The translations under genes and the position numbers were made by a program. A stretch of DNA of 63,473 nt, the filler included, from Octopus bimaculoides (taxonomy: Eukaryota), in NCBI RefSeq assembly GCF_001194135.2. It is 4 parts of 3 records of this genome, joined end to end, with 100 filler letters (N's around TTAATTAATTAA, not from the genome) between each part and the next. Parts side by side here need not be neighbours in the genome. Positions count along the whole stretch, not along the records: positions 28,744 to 43,237 come from NC_068997.1; positions 43,338 to 57,079 come from NC_068988.1; 2 more parts are not named here. One strand, written 5' to 3'. The notes beneath the pieces were generated by a model. It ran no database searches. It was not told the DNA's origin and saw nothing but the letters and a program-made list of their open reading frames with translations. Of the stretch, positions 37,718-50,642 are shown piece after piece; position 1 is the first letter of the stretch, and each line of letters starts with the position of its first letter.

Positions 37718-39157
37718 NNNNNNNNNNNNNNNNNNNNNNNNNNNNNNNNNNNNNNNNNNNNNNNNNNNNNNNNNNNNNNNNNNNNNNNNNNNNNNNNNNN
37801 NNNNNNNNNNNNNNNNNNNNNNNNNNNNNNNNNNNNNNNNNNNNNNNNNNNNNNNNNNNNNNNNNNNNNNNNNNNNNNNNNNNNNNNNNNNNNNNNNNNN
37901 NNNNNNNNNNNNNNNNNNNNNNNNNNNNNNNNNNNNNNNNNNNNNNNNNNNNNNNNNNNNNNNNNNNNNNNNNNNNNNNNNNNNNNNNNNNNNNNNNNNN
38001 NNNNNNNNNNNNNNNNNNNNNNNNNNNNNNNNNNNNNNNNNNNNNNNNNNNNNNNNNNNNNNNNNNNNNNNNNNNNNNNNNNNNNNNNNNNNNNNNNNNN
38101 NNNNNNNNNNNNNNNNNNNNNNNNNNNNNNNNNNNNNNNNNNNNNNNNNNNNNNNNNNNNNNNNNNNNNNNNNNNNNNNNNNNNNNNNNNNNNNNNNNNN
38201 NNNNNNNNNNNNNNNNNNNNNNNNNNNNNNNNNNNNNNNNNNNNNNNNNNNNNNNNNNNNNNNNNNNNNNNNNNNNNNNNNNNNNNNNNNNNNNNNNNNN
38301 NNNNNNNNNNNNNNNNNNNNNNNNNNNNNNNNNNNNNNNNNNNNNNNNNNNNNNNNNNNNNNNNNNNNNNNNNNNNNNNNNNNNNNNNNNNNNNNNNNNN
38401 NNNNNNNNNNNNNNNNNNNNNNNNNNNNNNNNNNNNNNNNNNNNNNNNNNNNNNNNNNNNNNNNNNNNNNNNNNNNNNNNNNNNNNNNNNNNNNNNNNNN
38501 NNNNNNNNNNNNNNNNNNNNNNNNNNNNNNNNNNNNNNNNNNNNNNNNNNNNNNNNNNNNNNNNNNNNNNNNNNNNNNNNNNNNNNNNNNNNNNNNNNNN
38601 NNNNNNNNNNNNNNNNNNNNNNNNNNNNNNNNNNNNNNNNNNNNNNNNNNNNNNNNNNNNNNNNNNNNNNNNNNNNNNNNNNNNNNNNNNNNNNNNTAGT
38701 TAGATAGATAGATAGATAGATAGATAGATGCATACATACATACAAACATATGTATGTATCTAACTGCATATGTAAATATGTGTGTGTTTATACGTATAGA
38801 CATATACATATTATGTATTATATATATATAACTTACGCCGTGAGACAGTTCATTCATCAAGCGTCGACTAGAGACTACAAAATCTTCACCTCTCGACGGA
38901 TATCTCTTTCCTACAATGCCCAGAAGCGTCATTGCTACCAAGAGGTGTCTGGGTTAGTTTGACCCACGCTTTCGCCTGCTACTCTCCTCCATTATTTAGC
39001 TACAACGATGACCACTTCAGCCGTGTCTAGCAAATATTTACTTTTCATTACTCATTTAAAATTTCTTCATTACACTCATCCTCACACTTTCACGCACACG
39101 TGTCTGCCATAACCTTGATGTGTAATATTTCCTTACGTGCTTTGCCTTCACGGGAAT

Positions 39158-39400
39158 GGCGCGTAGCGTAGTGGTTAGGAGGTTATATTCACGTTCGCAT
39201 GATCATGGTTTCAATTCCTGGAAAGGTTGTATTTTGGGACAAAACGCTTAATTTCAAGTTGCTGAAGTAAGCTCAACCGTAAATGATAAACCCTGCAATG
39301 AACTGGTGTCCTGTTCATGGGTTACTTTATGATCCTGGTCCCCTATGCGCCACGAAAATCGGGTAACTGCTGTTCTTATGAGCCCTAAGACATGGAACAG
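39158..39400 (+). mobile_element. tRNA-derived SINE related to family D
   Basis: A-box ggcgcgtagcgtagtggttagg and B-box ggtttcaattcc. The central segment resembles 31330-31380. Confidence 0.65.
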
Positions 39401-40542
39401 TAATTCCCAGAGATCTTAGAATTCCACTTTATAAACTTCATGCTCTGCTGTCCTTCATAAGTTCAATGCTAGCCTAGTTTCACATTGTACATGTAGATCG
39501 ACATACATAACCAGGATATTCCGAGGTTACTAGAACAAGCGAAGAATACCACCATTTTGCTTCGTGTACCACTCCAAATCGTTTATATTTTAAGCCCTTT
39601 CTTTCATACACGAATTCTTTGTAATGCATTCCAAGACTCACATCAACTCAAATATTATGGGATTTTGTTTTCTTCAAATCAAACCATGACATTAATTTTA
39701 GGGCAATTACTTCACTTTTGCCATTTGAATCCTGTACTGGACATTGAAGCGGTTTTACTTCCTTTAAGCTTCTAAAAGACAGACAGACAGACAAACACGC
39801 AGATAGATAGATACATTTCTTTTATTAGCCACACAGGGCTCAACGAAGATGGGACAAATACAATGTAGAGCTTTTCTTTTTGGGAGGGGCATCATTCACA
39901 AAAATACACACACGCATAGGCATTCATATATTTGTATATATGTATTCATATGGGTTGCTCCCTCTCTCTCTCTCTCTCTTTCTCTTATTCTTTCCCTCTC
40001 TCAGCACAAACACACAAACACACATATATATACATACATACATATATATGTATATATNNNNNNNNNNNNNNNNNNNNNNNNNNNNNNNNNNNNNNNNNNN
40101 NNNNNNNNNNNNNNNNNNNNNNNNNNNNNNNNNNNNNNNNNNNNNNNNNNNNNNNNNNNNNNNNNNNNNNNNNNNNNNNNNNNNNNNNNNNNNNNNNNNN
40201 NNNNNNNNNNNNNNNNNNNNNNNNNNNNNNNNNNNNNNNNNNNNNNNNNNNNNNNNNNNNNNNNNNNNNNNNNNNNNNNNNNNNNNNNNNNNNNNNNNNN
40301 NNNNNNNNNNNNNNNNNNNNNNNNNNNNNNNNNNNNNNNNNNNNNNNNNNNNNNNNNNNNNNNNNNNNNNNNNNNNNNNNNNNNNNNNNNNNNNNNNNNN
40401 NNNNNNNNNNNNNNNNNNNNNNNNNNNNNNNNNNNNNNNNNNNNNNNNNNNNNNNNNNNNNNNNNNNNNNNNNNNNNNNNNNNNNNNNNNNNNNNNNNNN
40501 NNNNNNNNNNNNNNNNNNNNNNNNNNNNNNNNNNNNNNNNNN

Positions 40543-40577
<35 letters not shown>

Positions 40578-40761
40578 TATAAAGATATATGTACACATGA
40601 ATATCTGTATACGTATTCAAGCGTGTGTGATGTGTTTGTGTTTGGTGTAAGAAGAAACTGACAAACACTGATGCTGTAAAGACTAGAGATGTGTATTTAC
40701 CGATGAGAAAACCAGACCTCGAAAGCTAAGTGATACCAGATGTATCCCCACCACTCACACA

Positions 40762-40796
<35 letters not shown>

Positions 40797-41463
40797 CTTA
40801 CATTTCTTTAAGAACCAATCTCCAAAGCAACATACAGTTATCATTCTAGGAAACCGATTCTTCTCGTTTGCAACTTGTTTCAACTCTTGCGATATCCGGT
40901 GAATGGCATTATTTTGTTTCGCTTAAATCGAATTTCAAGCGAATATCCCTCCTCTATGGAATTGCCATTCAACGAATGTTCTAGAACTGCAACCTTATCA
41001 ATGACTGTCTTAATCTCACAGAGTCATAATAAAGATTTAATTATGTGTGTGTGGGGCGGGGTGAGTCCTGTTTTATCTCTTATCAAACGGTAACTTATAA
41101 GGAATCAAACTATATTGCTTATATAATCCCAATCGTCAAATACACCTAAGAATCCGTGTGAAAATATATATGTGTATGTTTATGCGTGTAGATTAGATAT
41201 GTCTGTATGTACGTATGAATGTATATATCTCCACAAGACACATACACTTACATAGATATATACATGCATACATACATGTTTACATACATACATATATTTA
41301 CACACACACACACATATATACATACATATATACTCTCCCCAGACACAATAATATATATATATGCATGTATGTATGTATGTATGTATCTACAATATAAACA
41401 GAAAAAGAGAGATTTGAGAGGATATTTATATATATATATATGCGTGTGTGTGTATGTGTGTGC

Positions 41464-41527
<64 letters not shown>

Positions 41528-41900
41528 AAACATATATATGTTTATATATACATTTGTATGTATATGTGTGTATGTGTGAGTGTGTGTGCGTATGTGTGTG
41601 AGTGCTTTTAGCAGAAGCAACAGAGTGACTCAAGGGTCGAGAATTTCGAGTGTTTTGGACTTATGAAAATAGTGTCCGATTGGTGATAATAGCATCTCGC
41701 TGGACACTCCTAGAACGAATTATTAAAACAAGTACAATGTCACGTGTATTGGAATCTTGTATGTATACCATTCTGTCTAAATAATGGATCTACAAATGCA
41801 ATATCCCTGCATGTCTCACATCTATTTTCATTCCTCCACTTCACTCTCTATTTCTTATCTTATCTAAATTAACTATTGCTTAACCATTTTTTCTCACACC

Positions 41901-41948
41901 GTCTCCGATGAAGGAATATAATAAATATCCTGGAAACAGCTGTAAGAC
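41901..41948 (+). ncRNA. Minimal type I hammerhead ribozyme motif of the Penelope-associated kind
   Basis: gtct-CCGATGA-[agga...tcct hairpin]-g-GAAAC-agct-GTA-agac. Stem I is 4 bp and stem III is the palindrome acagctgt. Confidence 0.6.
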
Positions 41949-42719
41949 CGTCTATTTATAAATGTTCTAAAAATCTTCACAGCCTTGGCTTTTTTTTATC
42001 TCATTCTGAAAAATTTATATATATACATATATATACAAAATTAAGAGGAATGATCTGAGAACATACTCTTCGTGGTTAGGTGATTTGGCATCTATTTCTA
42101 GCATACAGGAGTCCACTTTTGGTGGTCATTCCTCNNNNNNNNNNNNNNNNNNNNNNNNNNNNNNNNNNNNNNNNNNNNNNNNNNNNNNNNNNNNNNNNNN
42201 NNNNNNNNNNNNNNNNNNNNNNNNNNNNNNNNNNNNNNNNNNNNNNNNNNNNNNNNNNNNNNNNNNNNNNNNNNNNNNNNNNNNNNNNNNNNNNNNNNNN
42301 NNNNNNNNNNNNNNNNNNNNNNNNNNNNNNNNNNNNNNNNNNNNNNNNNNNNNNNNNNNNNNNNNNNNNNNNNNNNNNNNNNNNNNNNNNNNNNNNNNNN
42401 NNNNNNNNNNNNNNNNNNNNNNNNNNNNNNNNNNNNNNNNNNNNNNNNNNNNNNNNNNNNNNNNNNNNNNNNNNNNNNNNNNNNNNNNNNNNNNNNNNNN
42501 NNNNNNNNNNNNNNNNNNNNNNNNNNNNNNNNNNNNNNNNNNNNNNNNNNNNNNNNNNNNNNNNNNNNNNNNNNNNNNNNNNNNNNNNNNNNNNNNNNNN
42601 NNNNNNNNNNNNNNNNNNNGTTAATGAAATTGTAGCGTGCATATTTGTGACCGTTTGTCCTCCATAGTTGTTCAAAAGCTAGCATTGGTTCCCTAATAAT
42701 TAATTCTTTAACGACGAAC

Positions 42720-42930
42720 TATAAATCCAAACCCTTAATTCCAACATTTTCTCCCAATCTTCTGATATTGGATAATCTGAATTATGAAGAAGCACTACAT
42801 AACCTTCCAATAATAAACAGAAAATATTAATATCAAATCACTAGCCCCTAGCCACCATTTTTGTAAGATTACGAGGCAATATGTCGGAGAACAGACTAAA
42901 CAGCATTTAAATGGCTACCGAACGATGTTC
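42720..42930 (+). mobile_element. Possible Penelope-like GIY-YIG endonuclease relic
   Basis: RQYVGEQTKQHLNGYR resembles the Y(I/V)G(E/Q)T...L..HR motif. Upstream PLIPTFSPNL is weakly PLE-like. Confidence 0.3.
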
Positions 42931-43198
42931 ACATCCGTCTATGGGATTGTCCAAGTATTAACTCTTTTCTATGACGCCAATTCTAAGGATTGTTCTACGT
43001 TTAATGCCAAGTTTTGGTGCCACTGTTTCTAATATTTTCCAGATGGAAATAATTATTGACGTCTTCTTCCTCTGCTCTTAGGTTTTGCTGTAAATCCTCC
43101 GAATCGTTATAGGTTCCAATAAAATTAAACCTATCAGAATTTACACACGGTTCAGTGCGGAAGCGCACATTAGGCGTATATATACATGCACACATACT

Positions 43199-43237
<39 letters not shown>

Positions 43238-43394
43238 NNNNNNNNNNNNNNNNNNNNNNNNNNNNNNNNNNNNNNNNNNNNTTAATTAATTAANNNNNNN
43301 NNNNNNNNNNNNNNNNNNNNNNNNNNNNNNNNNNNNNTATACGTACATATATATGTGCGTGTTTGTCAGTGTGTGTGTTTGTGTTAGCGGTTAG

Positions 43395-43580
43395 CCCCCT
43401 ATCATCGCTTGGCAACCGATGTTGGTGTGTTTACATCATCGTAACTTAACGGTTCGGCAAAAAAGCACTGATAGAATAAGTAATAGGCTTAAAAAGAATA
43501 ATTCCTAAGACCGATGTCTCCGTCGTATGGCGGTGCTCCAGCATGGCTGCAGTCTAAAGACAGATAATTAAGGAATAAAC
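43395..43580 (+). mobile_element. SINE family B/C tail module
   Basis: Reverse-complement homologue of 43680-43868. Confidence 0.85.
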
Positions 43581-43679
43581 CAATATGTGTGTGTGTGTGT
43601 ACGAGCGTGTGTGCGCGCGCTCGTGACTGTAGAAATATCTAATCTATATATATATATATAATGTATATATTCTTTCGTC

Positions 43680-43945
43680 TCTTACTCTTTTACTTGTTTC
43701 AGTCGTTTGACTGCAGCCATGCTGGAACATCGCCTTTAGTCGATCTAATCGAGCCCATGACTTATTCATTGAAAGCCTGGTACTTATTCTCTCGGTCACT
43801 GTTGCCGAACCCCTAAATTACGGGGGATGTAAACTCAGCAGCACCGATTGTCAAGCGATGGTGGGGCGACAAAGACACACATATATAGATATATACACAC
43901 ATACACACACAAACACACACACACACACATATATATATATATGTA

Positions 43946-43982
<37 letters not shown>

Positions 43983-44587
43983 NNNNNNNNNNNNNNNNNN
44001 NNNNNNNNNNNNNNNNNNNNNNNNNNNNNNNNNNNNNNNNNNNNNNNNNNNNNNNNNNNNNNNNNNNNNNNNNNNNNNNNNNNNNNNNNNNNNNNNNNNN
44101 NNNNNNNNNNNNNNNNNNNNNNNNNNNNNNNNNNNNNNNNNNNNNNNNNNNNNNNNNNNNNNNNNNNNNNNNNNNNNNNNNNNNNNNNNNNNNNNNNNNN
44201 NNNNNNNNNNNNNNNNNNNNNNNNNNNNNNNNNNNNNNNNNNNNNNNNNNNNNNNNNNNNNNNNNNNNNNNNNNNNNNNNNNNNNNNNNNNNNNNNNNNN
44301 NNNNNNNNNNNNNNNNNNNNNNNNNNNNNNNNNNNNNNNNNNNNNNNNNNNNNNNNNNNNNNNNNNNNNNNNNNNNNNNNNNNNNNNNNNNNNNNNNNNN
44401 NNNNNNNNNNNNNNNNNNNNNNNNNNNNNNNNNNNNNNNNNNNNNNNNNNNNNNNNNNNNNNNNNNNNNNNNNNNNNNNNNNNNNNNNNNNNNNNNNNNN
44501 NNNNNNNNNNNNNNNNNNNNNNNNNNNNNNNNNNNNNNNNNNNNNNNNNNNNNNNNNNNNNNNNNNNNNNNNNNNNNNNNNNNNNNN

Positions 44588-44624
<37 letters not shown>

Positions 44625-44790
44625 CGACAGGCTTCTCTCAGTTCCGTGTACCAAAATCTATTCACAATGCTTTCGTCTGCCCGTGGCTATAGTAGAACAC
44701 ACCTGCCCAAGGTGCCACGCAGTGGGACTTAACACGTTAACACGGAACCATGTGGTTTCGAATCAACCTTCTCACCACAGAACCATGCCT
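43680..44790 (-). mobile_element. Composite SINE: tRNA-like head (44624-44790), internal TA/CA microsatellite with gap, tail (43680-43880)
   Basis: Head and tail are in the same orientation and collinear across the microsatellite and the N gap at 43983-44587. Joining them into one element is an inference. Confidence 0.7.
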
Positions 44791-44842
44791 TCGACTATAT
44801 ATAATTTATATATGTGTGTGTGTGTGTTCTTTCCTGAGCGTC

Positions 44843-44872
44843 CAATATCTGTATCACGTGATACAGATATTG
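44843..44872. repeat. Perfect 30-bp palindrome centred on CACGTG
   Basis: caatatctgtatcacgtgatacagatattg is its own reverse complement. Confidence 0.97.
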
Positions 44873-44897
44873 TGTGTGTGTGTGTGTGTGTATGGAC

Positions 44898-45086
44898 GCA
44901 GGAGTGGCTGCGTGGTAAATAACTTGCATTCCAACCATATGGCTCCGGGTTCAGTCCCACTGCGTGATACCTTCGGCAAGTGTCTTCTACTATAACCTGC
45001 AGCCGACAAAAGGTTTCTTTCAGTTTCCGTCCACCAAATCCACTCAGAAGGCTTTGGTCAGTTACAGGTTATAGTGGAAGACATTT
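44898..45086 (+). mobile_element. SINE family C head (+) fused to an inverted piece of the same family (45012-45086, -)
   Basis: B-box gggttcagtccc. tgtcttctactataacctg recurs inverted as caggttatagtggaagaca. Confidence 0.8.
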
Positions 45087-45954
45087 NNNNNNNNNNNNNN
45101 NNNNNNNNNNNNNNNNNNNNNNNNNNNNNNNNNNNNNNNNNNNNNNNNNNNNNNNNNNNNNNNNNNNNNNNNNNNNNNNNNNNNNNNNNNNNNNNNNNNN
45201 NNNNNNNNNNNNNNNNNNNNNNNNNNNNNNNNNNNNNNNNNNNNNNNNNNNNNNNNNNNNNNNNNNNNNNNNNNNNNNNNNNNNNNNNNNNNNNNNNNNN
45301 NNNNNNNNNNNNNNNNNNNNNNNNNNNNNNNNNNNNNNNNNNNNNNNNNNNNNNNNNNNNNNNNNNNNNNNNNNNNNNNNNNNNNNNNNNNNNNNNNNNN
45401 NNNNNNNNNNNNNNNNNNNNNNNNNNNNNNNNNNNNNNNNNNNNNNNNNNNNNNNNNNNNNNNNNNNNNNNNNNNNNNNNNNNNNNNNNNNNNNNNNNNN
45501 NNNNNNNNNNNNNNNNNNNNNNNNNNNNNNNNNNNNNNNNNNNNNNNNNNNNNNNNNNNNNNNNNNNNNNNNNNNNNNNNNNNNNNNNNNNNNNNNNNNN
45601 NNNNNNNNNNNNNNNNNNNNNNNNNNNNNNNNNNNNNNNNNNNNNNNNNNNNNNNNNNNNNNNNNNNNNNNNNNNNNNNNNNNNNNNNNNNNNNNNNNNN
45701 NNNNNNNNNNNNNNNNNNNNNNNNNNNNNNNNNNNNNNNNNNNNNNNNNNNNNNNNNNNNNNNNNNNNNNNNNNNNNNNNNNNNNNNNNNNNNNNNNNNN
45801 NNNNNNNNNNNNNNNNNNNNNNNNNNNNNNNNNNNNNNNNNNNNNNNNNNNNNNNNNNNNNNNNNNNNNNNNNNNNNNNNNNNNNNNNNNNNNNNNNNNN
45901 NNNNNNNNNNNNNNNNNNNNNNNNNNNNNNNNNNNNNNNNNNNNNNNNNNNNNN

Positions 45955-46014
<60 letters not shown>

Positions 46015-46752
46015 TTTTCGATACATACATACATACATATACACACATACATACATATAACTGATGAAGGAAAAGGAAGATAGAGTTAGCATGCACATAT
46101 ATATATATATAATGTATATATGTGGTTGGGAACATATATATATTCCTATTATGCGTATGTATATATTTATGCATATGTTTGCATAGCTGGAGTGAGTGAA
46201 GATTTATCGCGTAAAAAGCACGTGGAATATCGAAAGAATTTATATAGTCACAACATAATTACAGTATTATACTTTACTTCAAATACTTCTTAACTATAAT
46301 AGATTTAAACTGTGTCACAGCAGCTGATTCTTTCCATTCCAATTTTAAAAGAAAAGCGGGAGAGAATATTCGCGGTGAATAGTTAATTTCGTTCAGAATT
46401 GTTTTTCTTTTCACGTAATTTTGTTAAGTCAATCGACTTACTAGATTTCAGTTTTATTAGTTTTATTGACAGGGCAAAGTTTCATTTCCAAATTTCCGGC
46501 AGAGCGAATTGCGTTAGGGTGCTGATATTCTCACAGACAGTGCTCAACTGACCCTACTAATCTGTGTAGTCGACAAAATCAAAAACAATGCGCATTCGCG
46601 AAATTAAAAATATAAAATGGAGACAATTAACTCATCGTACCTTGTATATATAATGCATATTATATATAAATATACAAAAAGTATATATAATGTATATAGC
46701 ATTGATAGCTAGCTAGCTAGCTAGATGGATACGTTTCCATAGAGACAATAAT

Positions 46753-46945
46753 CTTTTTTACTCTAGGCACAAGGCCCCAAATTTGTGGGGAGGGGCTGTC
46801 GGATTAGATCGACATCAGTACGCAACTGATACTTAATTTATCGACCCCGAAAGGTTGAAAGGCGAAGTCGACCGCGGCAGAATTTGAACTCTGAAAAACC
46901 GCTAAGCATTTTGACTGGCGTGCTAACGATTCGGCCAGCCCGCCA
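46753..46945 (-). mobile_element. SINE family A
   Basis: Collinear with 29426-29641, with a small internal deletion. Confidence 0.9.
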
Positions 46946-48317
46946 TCCCCTTTATAGAGCTATATATTTCGCCAGTTAGTATATTCCCTGTACTTGAAGA
47001 AATACTAAAATGAATACTTTGAAATTATTACCTGATGTCCCAGAATTCGTCAATAGCAATCCTATTATTTATAAATCGTCATATACATAAACGTCTGGTT
47101 GACACGAAATCCTTGTTAGCGATATTTTAAAATTAGTAACACTTTCTATTCCCCTATTAAAAGACTAAGAATAAAAAGGTTCCAACCATAAAAATTCTTT
47201 TCCGAATGTACATAGTCAGTTTTTACACAAACGAAGAAGTTATGCGAATCAAATTGTTACCGTATTTTATTGGTATGGTGGGGGGGTAGGGAATTTACCT
47301 TAATTTTGTTTTACCTATCTTCCCCCACCTAAATTTTTCTGTATGCTCAGAGAACGGAGAACTTTTCTGAAATAGTGTTCTGAATATGTTAGAGTATTTT
47401 AGAGGTTATTTGCAGATACAGTTTTTGTAAGGAATTGAACATTAATAAAAAGAAAAAAGAAAGAAAGAAATTTCCCAAGGTCAAAAATGCAGTAAATATT
47501 ACTCATTGTGCCCCACTTATTTTATTGTCTGAAAAATAAGAATAGTTTAAGGCATTTAGTCCGGTGCTTTATCATTTCTGCAATTATTCCGTTCTAAACT
47601 CACATAGCAGCGTTGCTTTCCATATAGAAACCTTTTACACTACAATAACAACGGCTATTTGGCGGGGAAAGGTATGAATGTCACAGCATCTTCTCTATTT
47701 AATATGCCTTTTATTCTTCCATTACCGGTAAAGCACTGGTCTGTTACCAGGGACAATTAAATCTACTATTACACTGGTACCCTTGTGACAACGCTATAAC
47801 AATATTATTATGGTTGTTGTAGAGTTGGTGGTGGTCAGTCAGAAACGTGATTTAATGTAAATTACTGCATTTACATTAACACTCAGGAATATGAATGAAC
47901 GCTGAAAATTCTTCATCAATAGTAAAATAAAAATGTTTTTTCTGTAAACTCTCGATAGAAACCGTTTTGAACTGTTTCATTTTATTTACACAATGTTTTA
48001 AAAACGTTTGAACGTCACAATTTTCAAATTCATCTTCTAAAATTCACTACAACCTACAGATTACATTCGCAAGTAAGAATCAATCATTAATCAATTATTA
48101 TTATTATGTAATGGTTACTTTGAATGAACACAAGTCTTATTTTTCTTTTATGAAAAAGTGAGATACAAAGATTGATTTAACATCAGATTATCACAAGTAC
48201 TATTCGATTTTGAAGTGTTAAAAACAAAAATGTTTACACCGGAATCCGAACGTAAACACACTGAGCTAATGAACAAATGCTTGCAGCAGTTTATCTTCTA
48301 AATATATTTTAATAACC

Positions 48318-48536
48318 ACTACATATTGGTTTCAAATTTTGGCTCAAGGTTAGTAATTGCGGGGGTGGGGTGAGTCGATTACATCGGCTCCAGTGCTCAA
48401 CTGATACTTATTTTATCGACCCAGAAAGGATGAAAGGCAAAATTTGACCTCGGTGGAATTTGAACTCAGTGTGTAAAGACAGGCGAAACGTTGCTATGCA
48501 TTTTGCTCGGCACACTAACGATTCTACCGGTTCGTT
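48318..48536 (-). mobile_element. SINE family A variant
   Basis: Collinear head and body; the tail variant reads ggtttcaaattttggc. Confidence 0.88.
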
Positions 48537-48548
48537 ATAACAGTAATA

Positions 48549-48761
48549 CAGTAATCCCTCGACTACGGCGGGTGTTACGTTCCAAAACCCCACGCGATAG
48601 GTGAAAGTCCGCGATGTAGAAACAGTACTGTACTGTATATATTTTTTACAATTATTTCTATAATTTGTATATATTTATTTTATTATAAATGCAAAAAGCA
48701 ACACCACGGAGGAATCGACATAAGCTTTAATAATAAACTGCGATATGACAAGAGATTATTG
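48549..48761. mobile_element. Tigger/pogo-like MITE (~213 bp)
   Basis: TA|cagtaatccctcg ... caagagattattg|TA. A second copy lies at 61880-62053. Confidence 0.8.
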
Positions 48762-50119
48762 TATAGCAATAAAGGAAATACAAATGCTACACAGTAGATT
48801 TTCTTATTATTTATTTGATATACTTTTTGTTTTTCGAGGATTTTTTAAGACACAACACATTTGAAGCTTTCATAAATAAATGAAATTCTACCTTACGATT
48901 TCTTACAAGTGAAATTTGATTCCCACCCTATTATTTTCATGTTTATAATTCTTGGTGTCACTTTCGTCCCTTTCAACTAGAAGTAGTTAACAGGAGAGGT
49001 TTTAGAAAAGTTAAGAGAATTCATCTAAGTGTGAAGTGAGAAAGAAATTAATTTTCGTGAATATGAAGGTATGCTGTTACTTTGGTTACAAGATTGGAAT
49101 TAGTCACTTTTATTGCTTTACTAGTATAGATAGTTGATGAATATGTTTTCGTGACAAAATCTAAGAAGGATACCCATTGTTTTACTTTTTATCAATTATA
49201 CATATGTAGAATTCATTTGTCGTTTAAAATATTTCTTTGTGCTTTAAGATAAAGAAAAAATAATCGAATAAATGATTCCATAGAGGTCCTATAATTTTAC
49301 ATTATACTACAGTGCCACTAGTTATTTAAAAAAAATCAAAGTGCTATCACATGTATAAATGAAATATAGAGCATTTTTTGCTGATATGACTGAAATTACG
49401 ATATTGAATGCTTCAATCTTCTCTTAATTATAATCATAAATACTCTTTTAACTTCTTTCAGTCATTCGATTGCAGCCATGCTGGAGCATGTTTAATTTTA
49501 TTTATTTATTTTTGGTCTTGTAATATATAATATAGACATATTTTTGTGTTTATTTCTTTGCTTTGCAATAAATATATTAAAATACTTAATTTTTTCATAT
49601 TATGTAGATATTGATGTTTGAAGATATTTCGCATTCAGCTGGAATATAAATTTTATGATCTAATTAAATTATCCATTAAGCTTTAAGGAAATTACGGAAA
49701 GCGACTTACTGAGAAAGTAACACAATGAATAATGCTAATAATCCATAAACTGGAGATGATGCCTCATTATTCCATATATAAAGACTTAGAAAAATTAAGA
49801 TGTCAATTAAACAGCCAAATTGATAGACAACTTAGATTTTTTTTAAATCTCCTTTAAATTAAACAGTCTCTTCTTTAAAGGTATGATGGCATTATATTGC
49901 GTGCGTGTTTAATTGACTAAATAAATAAGGGAGAAACTGTTTATTTTTTATGAATTTTCTAATTACTGAAATAATAATTCCATGAATTATAATCTGCGGT
50001 TTTAACAGCATAACAGTCATTTAATAGGTCTTCAAAAATTAACGTCTTAAAAAAATATTTCGTTCAAATTATAAATGAAATTAAACAAGAAATGGTTACT
50101 TTGCAATTGTCACCGGGCG

Positions 50120-50160
<41 letters not shown>

Positions 50161-50602
50161 AATATAGAATTATATTTGTACCTATATACATACACGTTTA
50201 CTTTCGTGCATACATACATGTGCGTGTGGTGGAAAATTAAGATAAACACAAGTATAAACTATTAGTTCCTGCGAAATATTATATCTCTGTAACAGAATGC
50301 ATTTAAGTGTTCCCCTGGTGATCCACTGGTATTAAGCAACCGAATGCACTTGGAACATCCAGTGGCATGATTTAAATGAATAGGATAGTGAAACGTAAAT
50401 AACTTATACTTTATTTTCTCTTAATTCTCCGCCCCCACATATGTTCTGCATATCATAATTAGTAACACTACTAGGTAAAGTGGTACACTAAACACTATAC
50501 AGGAAGTTGACTGGATAATGATATTCCACGTGGAGCTCTAACTCACACTGTAGTGGTCGTACGTCCAGCTATACACACTATATACATATATATACACATA
50601 CA

Positions 50603-50642
<40 letters not shown>

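Noticed and set aside
40700-40730. CCGATGAG...CTCGAAAGCTA minimal hammerhead-like motif
   Set aside because: The core and AGCT palindrome are present but stem I cannot pair.
43001-43195. Minus-strand ORF YNDSEDLQQNLRAEEEDVNNYFHLENIR
   Set aside because: It starts in microsatellite-like sequence, has no convincing acceptor and no recognised domain.
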